Below are positions 1-12,600 of a stretch of 64,000 nucleotides of DNA, piece by piece. Made by a program: the position numbers and the translations under genes. Below the pieces are notes generated by a model. It made no database searches. It saw only the letters and a program-made list of their open reading frames with translations, and was not told the origin of the DNA. Position 1 is the stretch's first letter, and every line of letters starts with the position of its first letter. The stretch comes from Balanoglossus misakiensis (taxonomy: Eukaryota > Animalia > Hemichordata): positions 7,427,677 to 7,491,676 of the forward strand of contig CM082592.2 in NCBI GenBank assembly GCA_040954595.2. Reading direction: 5' to 3'.

Positions 1-2
1 GG

Positions 3-1745
3 AAAAGGTTTAAGCTGGAGGAGGCCCTCGTTTACCACCAGATAATGCACAGCCATGAATCCGACAGACCCCCTACAAATAAACAGCTTTCTGAAACCAA
101 TGGGGTTGAAGAGGAAACTGTTTCGAAAGGGGAGTCAGACGACAGAAAGACATCATCGTCGGACAGTGAAAAACCACTTAAGAAACAGCTGCTGTCCTGC
201 CCCTGCTGTTCTTTCACATGTTGCAGTAAGAGACTCATGGACAGCCACAGGGCAATACAACATATGCCAAGGAAGAGATCTAGTTTGAGTACTACGACAC
301 CAGACCCATGTAAGACAAATCATCCGGGTAGAAAAAAATCAAATGATCGACCAAAAGCTCAAGAAGCAGGAGAGGAATCGTCCGACAACTCCAGCCTTGA
401 TGAAAATGAACATGCGTGTACTGATGATAGTGATACAAATATGCTGTCAAAGGGAAGTAACACAAACGAGACGATAACACAGGCAACAAGTCTTCAGGGA
501 GACGACGAGACACCCGATTGCAATTCTTGTCGTACAGAGCAAGAGAAAACCCAAAGTGGACTATCATATGATGATGGCAATATTGGGCCTGACTCTGAGA
601 CATACGAAGGTGGAAATTCCATTGTGTATGATCCTCCTGCAACTGGCCATGGGTTAACCGCGCTTCGGAGCTTATCCGAATGTACACCAGACGATGATGA
701 CAGCGGCACTGAGGATAATTATCGTCCAGGAATCGGGCAGGAAAAACGTGATGAAAGTGCCTTCCTTGATGTCTGTGGGCCAGGAGCACCAGTGATCAGC
801 GCTTGTGGGACAGTCAGCGGGGAGAACGTGGCATCCACAGAAATGCCTCCTCATCTGTCATCTGCTGGGGCTTTACCCGTGTCCGACTTCCAGTGGAACT
901 TCAACTCTGACGTTATTGAGATCAGCAACATAGAAAGCCTTGAAGACAGCGGAGCGGGTAATAATTTCAGCGAGGCCGAAACTGCTACAGTCCAGAGCGA
1001 GTTGGTAAACGATAACAGCACCTGTCAATCAAGAGCAGTGGCGACGCAACAGGAAAGAGAAGAAGACGTCAGTGAGAAAGACAGTCTAACCTCCGATCTT
1101 CAATTTTCACGCAAGATGCAAGGTGGCGATAACCCTTACATAATTGACGTAATAGAAATAAAATCGGAGGATGAAGACGATGATAAATGCAAGGTTGAGA
1201 ATCAAGGTCCAACTGTGAGAGACAAGGTGAACCGTGGCAATAGCTCTGTGAATGACGAAAAGCAAGTTGGCAGCTCTCAATGGGAAATACCTCTCGCTAA
1301 GCAGAGGGCGGCTACAAGAAGGCAGTTTCCCACAGCAGTGGACAGGAAATTAGAAGCCAAGGAATACACATCGGGCAAGACAGTAAATGATCAGCAGCGT
1401 TTTGAGAAGAAGTCGTTGGTAACCAATTCAAGGAAGTTTGATGATAGTGTTGAAATATGCCCAGCGCCGAAAATTAACGACATACCACTGATCGTTCTGG
1501 ACGATGATGACCCACAAGTCCAAACTAGCGGCAGACGTCCAGCCACAAGTGACAGAAACAAGCCGAAGCAATTCTCCAAGAAATGCGTCCACTGTGGCAT
1601 AGGGTACTCAGACTTAATGCTTTTCTTGCTGCACAGGGGGTTTCATGGACCAGGGGGACAATTTCATTGCAGTGCTTGCGATAAAGTCTTCAAAGACAGT
1701 GTGGATTTCAACATTCATCTCAGCAGTCATCCCCTGCACCAGTGA
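3..1745 (+). CDS. C2H2 zinc-finger protein, 3' terminal exon (5'-partial), with Ikaros/Hunchback-like C-terminal finger pair
   Basis: The frame is open from base 3 (KRFKLEEALVYHQIMH, the second half of a C2H2 finger), so ATG 45 is internal. It continues through an isolated finger (CPCCSFTCCSKRLMDSHRAIQH), a long acidic linker and a terminal pair CVHC..LFLLHRGFHG..FHCSACDKVF..FNIHLSSH resembling Ikaros-family dimerisation fingers. Stop TGA 1743-1745; AATAAA at 1969 and 2558. Confidence 0.85.
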   Translation, partial: KRFKLEEALVYHQIMHSHESDRPPTNKQLSETNGVEEETVSKGESDDRKTSSSDSEKPLKKQLLSCPCCSFTCCSKRLMDSHRAIQHMPRKRSSLSTTTPDPCKTNHPGRKKSNDRPKAQEAGEESSDNSSLDENEHACTDDSDTNMLSKGSNTNETITQATSLQGDDETPDCNSCRTEQEKTQSGLSYDDGNIGPDSETYEGGNSIVYDPPATGHGLTALRSLSECTPDDDDSGTEDNYRPGIGQEKRDESAFLDVCGPGAPVISACGTVSGENVASTEMPPHLSSAGALPVSDFQWNFNSDVIEISNIESLEDSGAGNNFSEAETATVQSELVNDNSTCQSRAVATQQEREEDVSEKDSLTSDLQFSRKMQGGDNPYIIDVIEIKSEDEDDDKCKVENQGPTVRDKVNRGNSSVNDEKQVGSSQWEIPLAKQRAATRRQFPTAVDRKLEAKEYTSGKTVNDQQRFEKKSLVTNSRKFDDSVEICPAPKINDIPLIVLDDDDPQVQTSGRRPATSDRNKPKQFSKKCVHCGIGYSDLMLFLLHRGFHGPGGQFHCSACDKVFKDSVDFNIHLSSHPLHQ

Positions 1746-2704
1746 CGTTTGTCTTGAAACTTTTCCATTTCTAATATGTCAGCCGATATTTTCTCAGGAT
1801 ATATTTACACCTACTGTGGTGTTCTGTGTTACAAAACATTTCTGTATATGTTATTTTCAGTTTACATCCATTGATCGAACTGGAATGACCAAGCACTACA
1901 CGACACGACTGGTCAGATAAAATAATTTATTTTTGAGACTCAAAAAGAACCATTTCAGAGCTCATAGAAATAAAGAAAACAGTGAACACATGAGTAGATA
2001 TCAAATTATATCTTAAGATCAGGGAGAGATCCTTTTTAGTCATTTTCTCATCTGGAAGATTAATGTCACCAGATGAGATGCTTGAAATTGTACTTTAACA
2101 AGTTATGTAATACGCTGATTCATGCGGCAACTTTGCTAGTTATTTTGTTTCTACTTGCAGTAACCGTGCTGGGGGGAGAAGTATAGGTTTTTTGTGTATT
2201 TTCACATTGGTGTCGGAATGTTCATAACAATTGGTCATTTAAGCTTAGCATTTTATAGAATAGAATTTTTCTTAGTAAAGTGTACATGTAGATTGTATAC
2301 TTTCTGGAATGTAATTCTTTCTTTTAATTAACCAGGAACAGTTGCCATCTTCAACAAACAAGTTTCCAAACTTGTAACAAGATGAGTAAAATTTCATGCA
2401 AAGTATTTATTACACTGTACTGTTCTGCTGGATGTGTTGATTCCATACAGCAACACTGTATGACGCAGCAAATCTGTAAGTTAATTAATATTAAACTATG
2501 TGAAATTTGCCATCTTATATTTCATACATGTGTGTTGTTCAGAGATATTTTAAAATTAATAAAATACATAATGTGCTTTTAATGGATTGGTGTTTTTGTT
2601 TGGCGTCGATGCCAGCAAAGATACTGATTGCATTCTTAATGATATACTACCCATGCCTCGGCTTTAGACAGAAAGCACACAAAGGCAAGGCAATGAAGGG
2701 ACGT

Positions 2705-2797
2705 TTAACCCTTTCACCCCTGGTTCCCTCTATGAAGGTCCAACTTTAACATAGAAAACAAAAGATTTGGAACAAACCATGGTGGTGAAAGGGTTAA
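2705..2797. mobile_element. piggyBac-like MITE, full copy (93 bp including both TTAA)
   Basis: TTAA-CCCTTTCACC ... GGTGAAAGGG-TTAA. TTAA target plus CCC/GGG termini are piggyBac hallmarks. Confidence 0.8.
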
Positions 2798-3608
2798 AAC
2801 ATTAAGTCAGGCGAAGGAACTAACTTATCACTGGATTGAACGCACTGAGGTGCTTACTAACGTCACAGAAATCAACTGGGTGTTGGAATGGGATGAAGAA
2901 AGAGTGGCCTTGATCATCAGTGAAAACAAGCAACAAGAATTCACGAAGAAAAAACACGGAAATCTAGATCTACTAACAGGAAAACGGCTTCTGAGATATA
3001 AAACAAAACAGTCAACAACTAGATAATAAATATTCGAAAGTCCACTCAGGGAAACCTTGTCCTTAATAAGCAGCTAAACCTTAAGTGTTGTGGAACGTGG
3101 AACTTCTGAAAACACTTAGCACAGTTTATCCAATGTACAGAGCTAGCAGGAAACGTCCAGGCAATGACCCAATTTTGTGAAATGTCTGGGTTAGCTGAAT
3201 ATAACTGTACTGGGTAGCATGACGTCCACGCACAGCCGTGTTGGTTGATTTTCAGTCGGAGGTCGATCGACATACGCGCTACTAGGCACACATTATACAG
3301 CCTGATGTACTGTGGTTATATTGACAACAGCTACAGTCGTAACAAGTGTCTGGCGATAACATCTTCTGTACGAGGATTCATGCAGATCACATGCATGCAC
3401 ACAAGAAACATGTCGGCTCAAAACCGTAGAAAGTTCCTCCAGCAAGTCGCGCCGCAATGAATCGCTTTGAACTGTCCACTGCTTTCGGACAATCCACAGT
3501 TTACGAAACGTTTTTTTTTTTTTTTAATCAAACGGGCAATATGCGAAACATCTAGGCCATAAACAAGACAACATTCAAGTCACATTTAAGGCTCCGGGAG
3601 GGCTTTTT

Positions 3609-6600
3609 TCACAGATCGTCTTCTGTGACCCCCTGCGTTTGCAACTCCATCAGTACATTGTCCAGGTATTGGGGGTCCGGGTAGCCGTGGCCGGTCAGAT
3701 TGGAGCCGAACTCCGTCTTGTGGTGAATCTCGTTCCAGGTAACCGTGTTGGCCTCACCAGTGGTGGCCGACGTGCTTATGGTAAATACGAGACGCCGCTC
3801 CCAGGCCAGAATCAGCAATCGTAGCACCTACACAAGGCGGACAGAAACAGAAATAAATCAAGATAGAATTTTCAATTCCTAGAACACCATGATCTGCACG
3901 AACGATCTAAAAAAATTAGTCCTTCCAAGTTATTGAACAAAGCCAGCTTTGTAAAAAAAACACTTCTTACCTTTCTTCCCCTTTCATTATTTGGTAAATA
4001 GCAATGGCGTGGAAATCCTCTGGCTGAGTATCTCTTGCCTGGATGTGGATGTTCAGGACCCTATGAAAAGTGATGAACATTGATGTCAGTGTATATACTA
4101 CTCATATACAGAAATCTCTGAATGAGATCTATTACTGCTAACCCAGTCTTATGTTCTCAAACCCATTCCCCGGTTCTGTACAGTATGAAAGACTGACTTA
4201 TCACATACCTGTGTACCTGGCGGAATATTGTAAATAACTCTAATGGCGTCATACTCCCTGTACCCGGGCAGTGAATACGGTATAACATGGTAATCCATGC
4301 TGCCAGGGGGCTGGTTTCCGTGTTTGACACCATAAATTGCTTTGCATGTAGGACATTGTAAACTACCATCCTGTAAGAGAGAAAGGTGATTGAATGAAAC
4401 ATTACATTTCAATGTCATTTGATTAAGGTTTCACCAATATGTACAGGGAATCAGGCAAAATACAGACTCAACAAAATTATCTCGCTGCATCTCTGTTGTT
4501 TTTTACCTTCGGTCCACTGTTGTACATTGCGGCCAGACAACTCTTGTGAAATATATGCCTGCATTTTTCCAGTTTGAAGACGATGCTTGTGGCTTTGTGT
4601 TCTTCGTAGCCAGAAGAGCAACACAGTTCCTCAAAGCATATAGGACAGTCCTGCGTGGTAGAAAATACATGCAGATTTATATCAAAATCATGCAATGTAC
4701 TGGGATATTCTGTGGCTCAGTATGTAAGCCGGCCATCCCTACAGTCAGCAGGAGAATATTTTATTTTTGAGCTCTGGTGCGTGCTTTTATGAAGGCAGAG
4801 CATGGCTTGCATATTTCCACATCATCCCAATGCATGTTTATCACGTTCAATGATGAGACGCGGCAAGCTAGTCACTGGTTTGTTGCACGGTGAATTCATC
4901 GATATCAAAACGACTTCTCTCATCTCCAACATTACCTCCTTGGGTGGTTTCTTGACTTTGTTCACATAGTGCTTCAAGACGTCTTCTGGGTCAGTCACTG
5001 TAATGAAAATACAGAACACCATTGTCAGTTTATGTCATGGTTTTATAGTAGATGATACAGTAAAATCTGTCTAAACCGAACCCTGTCTAATGTTCAGAGG
5101 TCCAACCTTGACATAGAAAACAATGGATTTGGACTGGACCATAGCAGTGAAAGGGTTAATCAAGAGTCCAATGGGGAGGTCAGGCAAAATGGTCTATTCA
5201 CCTTTCATGAGTGAGAGTCTCCTGCGTTTCTTGGGCGGCTTGACCCCGGGCACCGGCTTGCAGTCGTTCCTAGAAGTTGGCGGAGGTGTCATTCTTAATA
5301 CAGGCGGATGTGACAGTACGATGGGAACAGCTGGTGACATCAACATCGATGTCATACCTGAGTGATAACGGGTGAGTGATGGAGACACAGTGATGCGTGT
5401 GAGTGAGAATGACGTCTTTGTGTGAAGCGTTAGTATCATGAAATAGTATGTTGTGGCATGGGGACAGAGTGTATGAGTCGCACCAAGGGGATAGATGTTT
5501 GACACTGCAGTGAAGATTGTGAAAAAAATCACAGAAAGTCTGCCATGTTGACTTTGTCTGTGGATTGATTTTTTGGGGGGAAAAACAACAAAAGATGTTC
5601 CCAGATGCAAAAGATGTTCACAACCTACCCTTTGATTTTGGAAAAATTCTATAAACAAATACATGTGAAAAATGTGTGTTATTTTATACACAAAAACCCA
5701 GAACCATGGCTATATGGTGACAAAGCTGACACTCGTGAATGGATTCCGCAAAAGCACTGACCTGTCATGACAGGGCTGAGGTTGGTAGCGTGAGCTCGGC
5801 TGGTTGATATAGTGCATGGAGTGGAGGCAGACCTGTACAGAATGTTGAAATGATAACACAGGTATGAGTGAGAGCCATATGCATGTACATGTAATGATGA
5901 TTAACAGATGATGATTATTTTTATTTTACAGTAGTGGTGAGTTTTCTGTTAAACCAGATCATTTATCATAGCTCCTTACCTAACCATCCTCCCCGAGGGC
6001 ATAGGCACAGGTAATGATGTCAATGCTGAAGTGGACGAGGACGAAGCACTGCTGGCGGAGCCCGATGACGAGGGGAAGGAGGAGGCTGTCGCCATGCCGA
6101 CCAGGGAGCCGGATGCGGAAGTCACGATGCCGCTGTCGCTGCTCGGAGAGACGATCCCGGACGTCGACGGCGTCGCGTCGTCCGTAGTACTATCTAAGGA
6201 GTTGGCCGACGTCCCGCTCGTGTCCGCCATGGTGGCGGAGTCGTCGCTGTCCGACCGCGACAGTTTCATGGAATTCGAGCGTCTGATCTTACTGTGCACC
6301 GCACCGGGGTGCGAGTCACTGATTCCGCAGGGTGCCGATATCGAGTGTTTCAGTTTATACGAGAACGTGGCCCCTCTCCCGTGCTTATTGCCTCTGGAAT
6401 CGGAACTGGCGGCATCGCAGGCTGGATAGGCGGCTGGAAGCTGTATCCGACGCACTGATCGGGTGAATCCGGATCCATTCCGGATCTGTGTCATGGATGT
6501 GATATCAACAATGTATGGAAGTCGGCACGGTGTGTGGCTCAGATTGATTTGTTTCTGCTTATTCTCGTGGGCAGTCTCTAGAAGGCAGCAAATCTCCAAG

Positions 6601-9600
6601 TCATAAGTGTTCCAACTGCCTTGCACGTCTCCGAGCCACTGCCATACTATTGCTTTGGCCGGGGCAGAGTTGGCAGCATACTTGTATCGTCTGACGGGTC
6701 TGGCTGAGCCTAAAAAATAAATAAAAAAGGCAAACAAAAGAAACAAATTAGCAGCTTTATCAGGTGATAAATTCTCATGTATTTGATGATGCGTGGATAT
6801 TCCTTCGATTAAGCTCCACTCTGCACACTTTCACATGATGGTGGTGCCTAAAATGGGATAATATGATAATTGCCTATAATCATTCACAGGTGATGCTTAA
6901 TTAACTTTCACCCCCAGTTCCCTCTTTAGTGGTTGTGGGCTGGTAATCTATCAGGGCGGCACCAAGTGGCTCCCACGATGCTTTGCGCTGATTGAATTCA
7001 TTACAGGGTTTCATTGAAAATAACTTGTAAGTGGGAATCAATTGGATCAGGCCAATTAAATTGATCTCTGCTATGAGGGACGAGATCCTATCAGATTCAA
7101 ACCCCTTTCTCTCTCTGAAATTACTTTAGTCCAGAGTCGGTATTGACCTCAGAAAAAAGAGAGCAAATTGATACGCTAGATTGCAGAGGGTCAGGGTTTT
7201 TGCAAAGCGCATCATGGAACCAGCTGCTGCATAATTATGAATCTTTCCCTCAGATAATTTCAAATAAACCGAGTCATTAATTTATGAAAACAACATGCAA
7301 ATACACGTTACCGTAGAATATCACTACCCCAATACGCTGTGGGGCACAGCATTTGCATATAGATTCTTGTCTAGTGAACTCAGCTTGGGGTCACACGTCA
7401 AGGAAATTACAATTTTCACATGCAAGCCTAGCCACAGCTGGACTTGATGTAATCAGGTTTTTGATCAGGGATAGCTCGGTATATCCCAGCCCGTGTATGA
7501 CTCTTTTTCAACAGGTTGAGCGAAGCAAACTCTCACAGACATGCTGTTTCCTGGACGTACAATAAATTACATCAGTCTATACGCAATTCCAGTAATTTCA
7601 GTACCTACGCTATTAGCAGTGGCACGTTAATCTCATATAATCTTGTGTGATGCGCGAGTAATTTGTGAAGAGGACACTCGATAAGTGGTCAGACTTACAG
7701 TCTAGTCAAACTCGAGTCTCTGTGTCAAATCAAGTCCACATGTCTTGGTATGAAATGGCAGCAAATGACATGTACCGTACACTACTAGTGTGGTGGCAAC
7801 TCCCCATCTCCGACGATTCGATGAAAAATTCATCGTGCATCGGCGCTCAGAACCCAGTCACCCGCAAGCAATAGATTTATCAGTCTAGAAATGTTTCGTT
7901 TAAACCCGCGTGATTGATGCCATGTACGCATCTTCATCTGAATTTTTTACTGATAAAAATACTTCACACCGAAGAACGTACAACTATTTCATAAGTCGAG
8001 GGGCATTCGTGGGGTGCTGTCGAACATCTGATGTAGTGAACTGCACTGATAGTCGGCAAGGAAAAGTCACTGCGCTGAATTGATGATGAATAGCAAACAT
8101 GGAAATTATTTATATTTTAGGCAAGAATTTCCCCCCGAGACAGATTTTTCCACAGAAGGGAAAATCCTGAGAAATGGCTCCATACATGGCCCTTGCCATT
8201 AGTTAAATTGTTCATTCGTTTGCTACATCGAAAAGACATTACGTGGATCACTAACCCCTTTCAGGAAAAAATCAATCTTGATGATTCCAGGAGAAAAAAA
8301 CAGACTCTAGTTTCTATTTTGGGTGTATCAAATGGCAAATTTCGATAATATTGTTCTCTTTATCCAAAATTTGCCACAGGCTGATCCTTGACTATTCCTG
8401 GAGATTGTTCAGGTTTAGAGCTTCTTTTATCATTGAGGGCCTACCGGTATGTGAAAGGTACAGGAGGTGTACGGTATAGTCAGGCTTCCTGATTAGACAA
8501 AAAGGTTTGGTTTAGACAGGTTTTACTCCATGTATATCTGTACACAAGTCAAGCCAAACCTTATGAAAATGACAGGCAAAGAGTATTCCAACAGTGACAG
8601 AAATGACACATAAAGTAATCTGCACATGCCAGACTTTTCGTTAATTGCACATGTACAGTGAGCCCCTAAATCTGTTCACTGCCGACACTGGTTTGATTGG
8701 TATTGGAGACTGTCAAGTCAATTATGCTGTCAGCGTGGACTTTTCCGGTTCGAATGCACTGGCTTACACTGTTACAGCGCGCCTGACAGCAATTTTTGTC
8801 TTTTCACTGAAGTCACTGCTAAAATCAGTTCCCTGGTGGTTCAATTCTTAATACTATGCCTTCTCGACAGCATACAGAAAAAAACCCTGCCATGTATTAA
8901 AAGCTAAAGGTATATACACGGACAGTCTCCTTGCAACAGAATTGCCTGCCTGTGTAATTATTTGTCTGTGGCTGCTGTTATGTACTGTACATTGCGTTAA
9001 AAGCCATTACGGAACATATGTTGGTATTTCTTGATGTCATATGGGCTGTTAGCTGTAAATTTCCCATTTCAGCACTTGAAATTACTCAACAGAACCGGGA
9101 GTAGGAATGTTATTGAAGTGTGTGTTACCCCCACTCACTCAACGACCCTTGAGTGGCCATCGCACTAAAAATTTCATTTTCCATTAAAGTACCACTTGTT
9201 GGCGTGTACCTTTTAAGATGATGAGCTATTTCATTTCTCACAAATGAAGATACAGATTTCATATACACAGCACAGGTGATCATTATAGATTTAATTTGTT
9301 TAAATATTCAACTTCTGTTCTGTTCTGCACTTTGTTTTGTCAATTTTTGGGTAAAATTCCATCATTTAATGTTAGGTTCGAGATGAAGCCTGGGTTTCTG
9401 AATAAAAAAAGAAAAACAAGATGCTTGAAGGACATGAGACTATATATCTATATATATATAAGTAATACATATCCCACATTATAACTGCCATGGGGGATTG
9501 AGCCATCCTCTGACACTAGAAATATGACGTCAAGACATCACTTTGAATGACTGATTCACCATCCTGTGATGTCAGAATCCTTCCGTAGTCAGGGTCGTTT

Positions 9601-12600
9601 CTTTTTCCGTTTCTTTCTCCGAGAGTGACTGTATTTCTTTTCAATGGAGAGCGTGCAACAACCAACATAATGATGTAAGCTATGGACTGTTATTTTCATC
9701 CTGCGGGCACAATCTAATCACTGGGGGCCTCGTGACGCACACTGATTTCTGAAACTATATGAATTTCTAAAGCTCTCTGTATAACTCTCTCTCTCTCTCT
9801 CTCTGCTTCAGGCGTTTGCAATCTACTCAGACGATCTTTCTTTCGGGAGAATGTTTGTCTACTAGCAGCGAGTTTAAATTGTTAGCGTGGTATTAAAATT
9901 GAAGTGACTATTTTTTGAATGCAGCTCTGATTTCTGGTTTTCATTTTTCTGCTCCTGCATGCAGCTTCAAAAAAATTAAAATTGCACAGCCTGACGGGTG
10001 GTATACTGTTCAGAGACAACATTTTGACAATGGCAGTCTTTACCTGTCGTTTTTGAACAGACTCACAATACTAGCCGCTGTGTAAATCTACGCCAGTCGA
10101 GCAATTAAGCTAAGCCAAATCATGGAAGCACTGCTTGACTGACTAGAATTTCATGCAGCGCGTCATCTCACTCTCTTATTTTTCAGGCTCAGCTGTCACG
10201 GGGGGGGGAACGCAGACAATGAAAGTTCATTGATTGGCCTTTTGACCTCTACTGTCAATGAAATTTCACCACAAGAAAATAAGCTTATAACACTTCAACA
10301 CACTCTTACCCACACAATCCAATGAGAGATGTGTGCAGTGTGTTAGACTCTAGGCCAATATATGAATCCATGGACCTTGACACTAATAAAGTGACAATTT
10401 CAACGTTATTGACTGAACCATTCTAGAATCGATCCATTGCTGTACCTAGGAATGCTAAGACCTACCATACCTGGACTGATTCATATACACCTGTTTTTCT
10501 TTACCCATCCATTTTTCTACACACAGACAAGCATTTGTACCCATCCCAAATTCTTTCGCCCATCAATTGTACACGTTAGTGCTTCCCAAACTCATTGTTA
10601 TAACCATTAATACAATGTATTCCATTGTAGAAATTAAAAAAAAAATCTTTACAATTACAGATGAACAACCAATTTCGTCAACACCGCAGCTTCTGATATC
10701 ATCAGCAACATTCCACGTTTTTTTTGTCTCATACTACAACAGCTACCCTGACTGACCTGATAGCTGCTGTGTCTGTGACAACAAGATCGAATAGATAACA
10801 TTCAGGAATTGTCATTACAGTGTAACACAAATCAAATTGAATTACTGGCAATACCGGTACTGCCGAGTGTGTACGACAGCAGAACTTTGATGCTATCAGT
10901 GACAGCATGTCTGTCTCTTTGTGACGCAAAATAAAAAAGATCAGCAACTTTCGGTTACTGAATACATACCTAGAAAATCGGGGGATGATTTGAGGTCAAC
11001 AAATTTCAAAGAGTATAACAAACGCAGCTCAGGAGCCTTCAAACTAGAATGTATCCTTGTGATTTACGATCCTAATTAGCTCGGCAAAATGCAAAACTCA
11101 CATCCTAACATCACGCACTGAATTTTGAAACCAGATCCGTGTGTCGTCTAGCAAGCACGCTTTTTAAGAGCTTTGTCGTTTTGTGAATTTCCAGGAATTT
11201 TGCATCAGCCCCATCGCATGTATTATATATTGATGATTTTCTTCGGTCACCAGTGGGTTTGTTGAGTCAGCGATGCATCTATTGGCTTAGAGGGCACACC
11301 AATAAGGATACAAGTCAAGACAGCAACTTGACATGAAGTCTACTACAGCGTGTAATTCTCTATTGGTTGATATAATTGTCCCAACCTTGACTATAACCTC
11401 TAACATGAACATTTGATCAATATTTTATTGGTATCCATGATTCATAATTTAAAGGGAACACCTGCACTATAACCTTACATTTTCTAGGATTTCTAGATGA
11501 AGTTAATGCTCTAACAAACATCATTTTAAAAAGCTTTGAGTCAATTTGAGGATTTCTAGTAATTTCTCTGAGTCAGCCCTATACCTTTGCATGTAGTGTG
11601 GATAATTTTCTTGAGTCACCAGTGTTTGTTGAGTCAGTGGTGCATCATATTGGCTTAGAAGGCACACTGATACAGTATTTGTTCTTCATTTACATCAAGT
11701 AAGGAAGAGACTCATTTTTCACAAAGATGTATGCCAGGTACATCTTGCTAACGGTGCCCTTGTGAGGGCTCAGCTTGCGACACCGTCAGTTCAAAATGTC
11801 AGCCGCTTCAATCTCCTTCAAAATTACGTGACATATTTTTAATTTCCCCGCTGACTAGTCAGAGGAAGGGACCTCGCATATTAATTTTTCCAATGCCACT
11901 GTTCGGCGGGAGTGTGCATTTTCTCCTCAAGGTGGAAATTTCATCGTTTTCAAATGGCAAGTCAGGGTCAGAATCATGTTCTACCCTTTACAAAAACATT
12001 CTATACACATCTGTAGAATAGCCTATGGAGTTTCTGTTGAAATTTATAGCATTTCTGTTGATGTCTACAGATTCCCTTGTGGTTTTGGTCCCATATTTCC
12101 CACAGACACTGTCGAAGTCTGGCATGTTGTGTAAAAGAAAGCGCCTCCGACTTTGACAGTGCCTGTGCTTTTTCTATAGAATTCAATAGAAACATGAAAT
12201 TCTACAGAATGCTATTGGATGCTATGGAACAATTTCCGCAAGGGTAAAATGACTCATGAGGTAGGCATAATTTCAAAGATAACCTCACCAACTTTCTCAG
12301 CAGTGCAGTCAAGATGTATCATCTGATCCCTACAAAGCAGACCAGAACTTCATTTCCTGTGCGCCGTACGTAATTCGCGCATGTATTTCGAGCCACAATA
12401 CGAAGCCTTTTCCCACCGGTACCCAACGCACACTGTGACGTCATGTATATGTCACTAAAAGTATCCCGGATTATTCCTTTAACGGCCCGGCAGCAGGACA
12501 GGCTGAAAATACGATACTAGTAAACAGACATGACATCGTTAAGATCATTTCACTTTCTGATTAAACCGGAAACTCACGGGAGCCAGTTCGATATACGCTG

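Noticed and set aside
6031-6429. 132-aa plus-strand ORF
   Set aside because: Antisense shadow of the Ser-rich Deltex exon 2.
8735-8765. B-box-like GGTTCGAATGC suggesting a tRNA or SINE
   Set aside because: No cloverleaf or properly spaced A box could be built.
11161-11672. Repeat-spacer pattern as a possible CRISPR-like array
   Set aside because: Only two diverged copies in a eukaryotic intron, with no constant repeat or cas genes.
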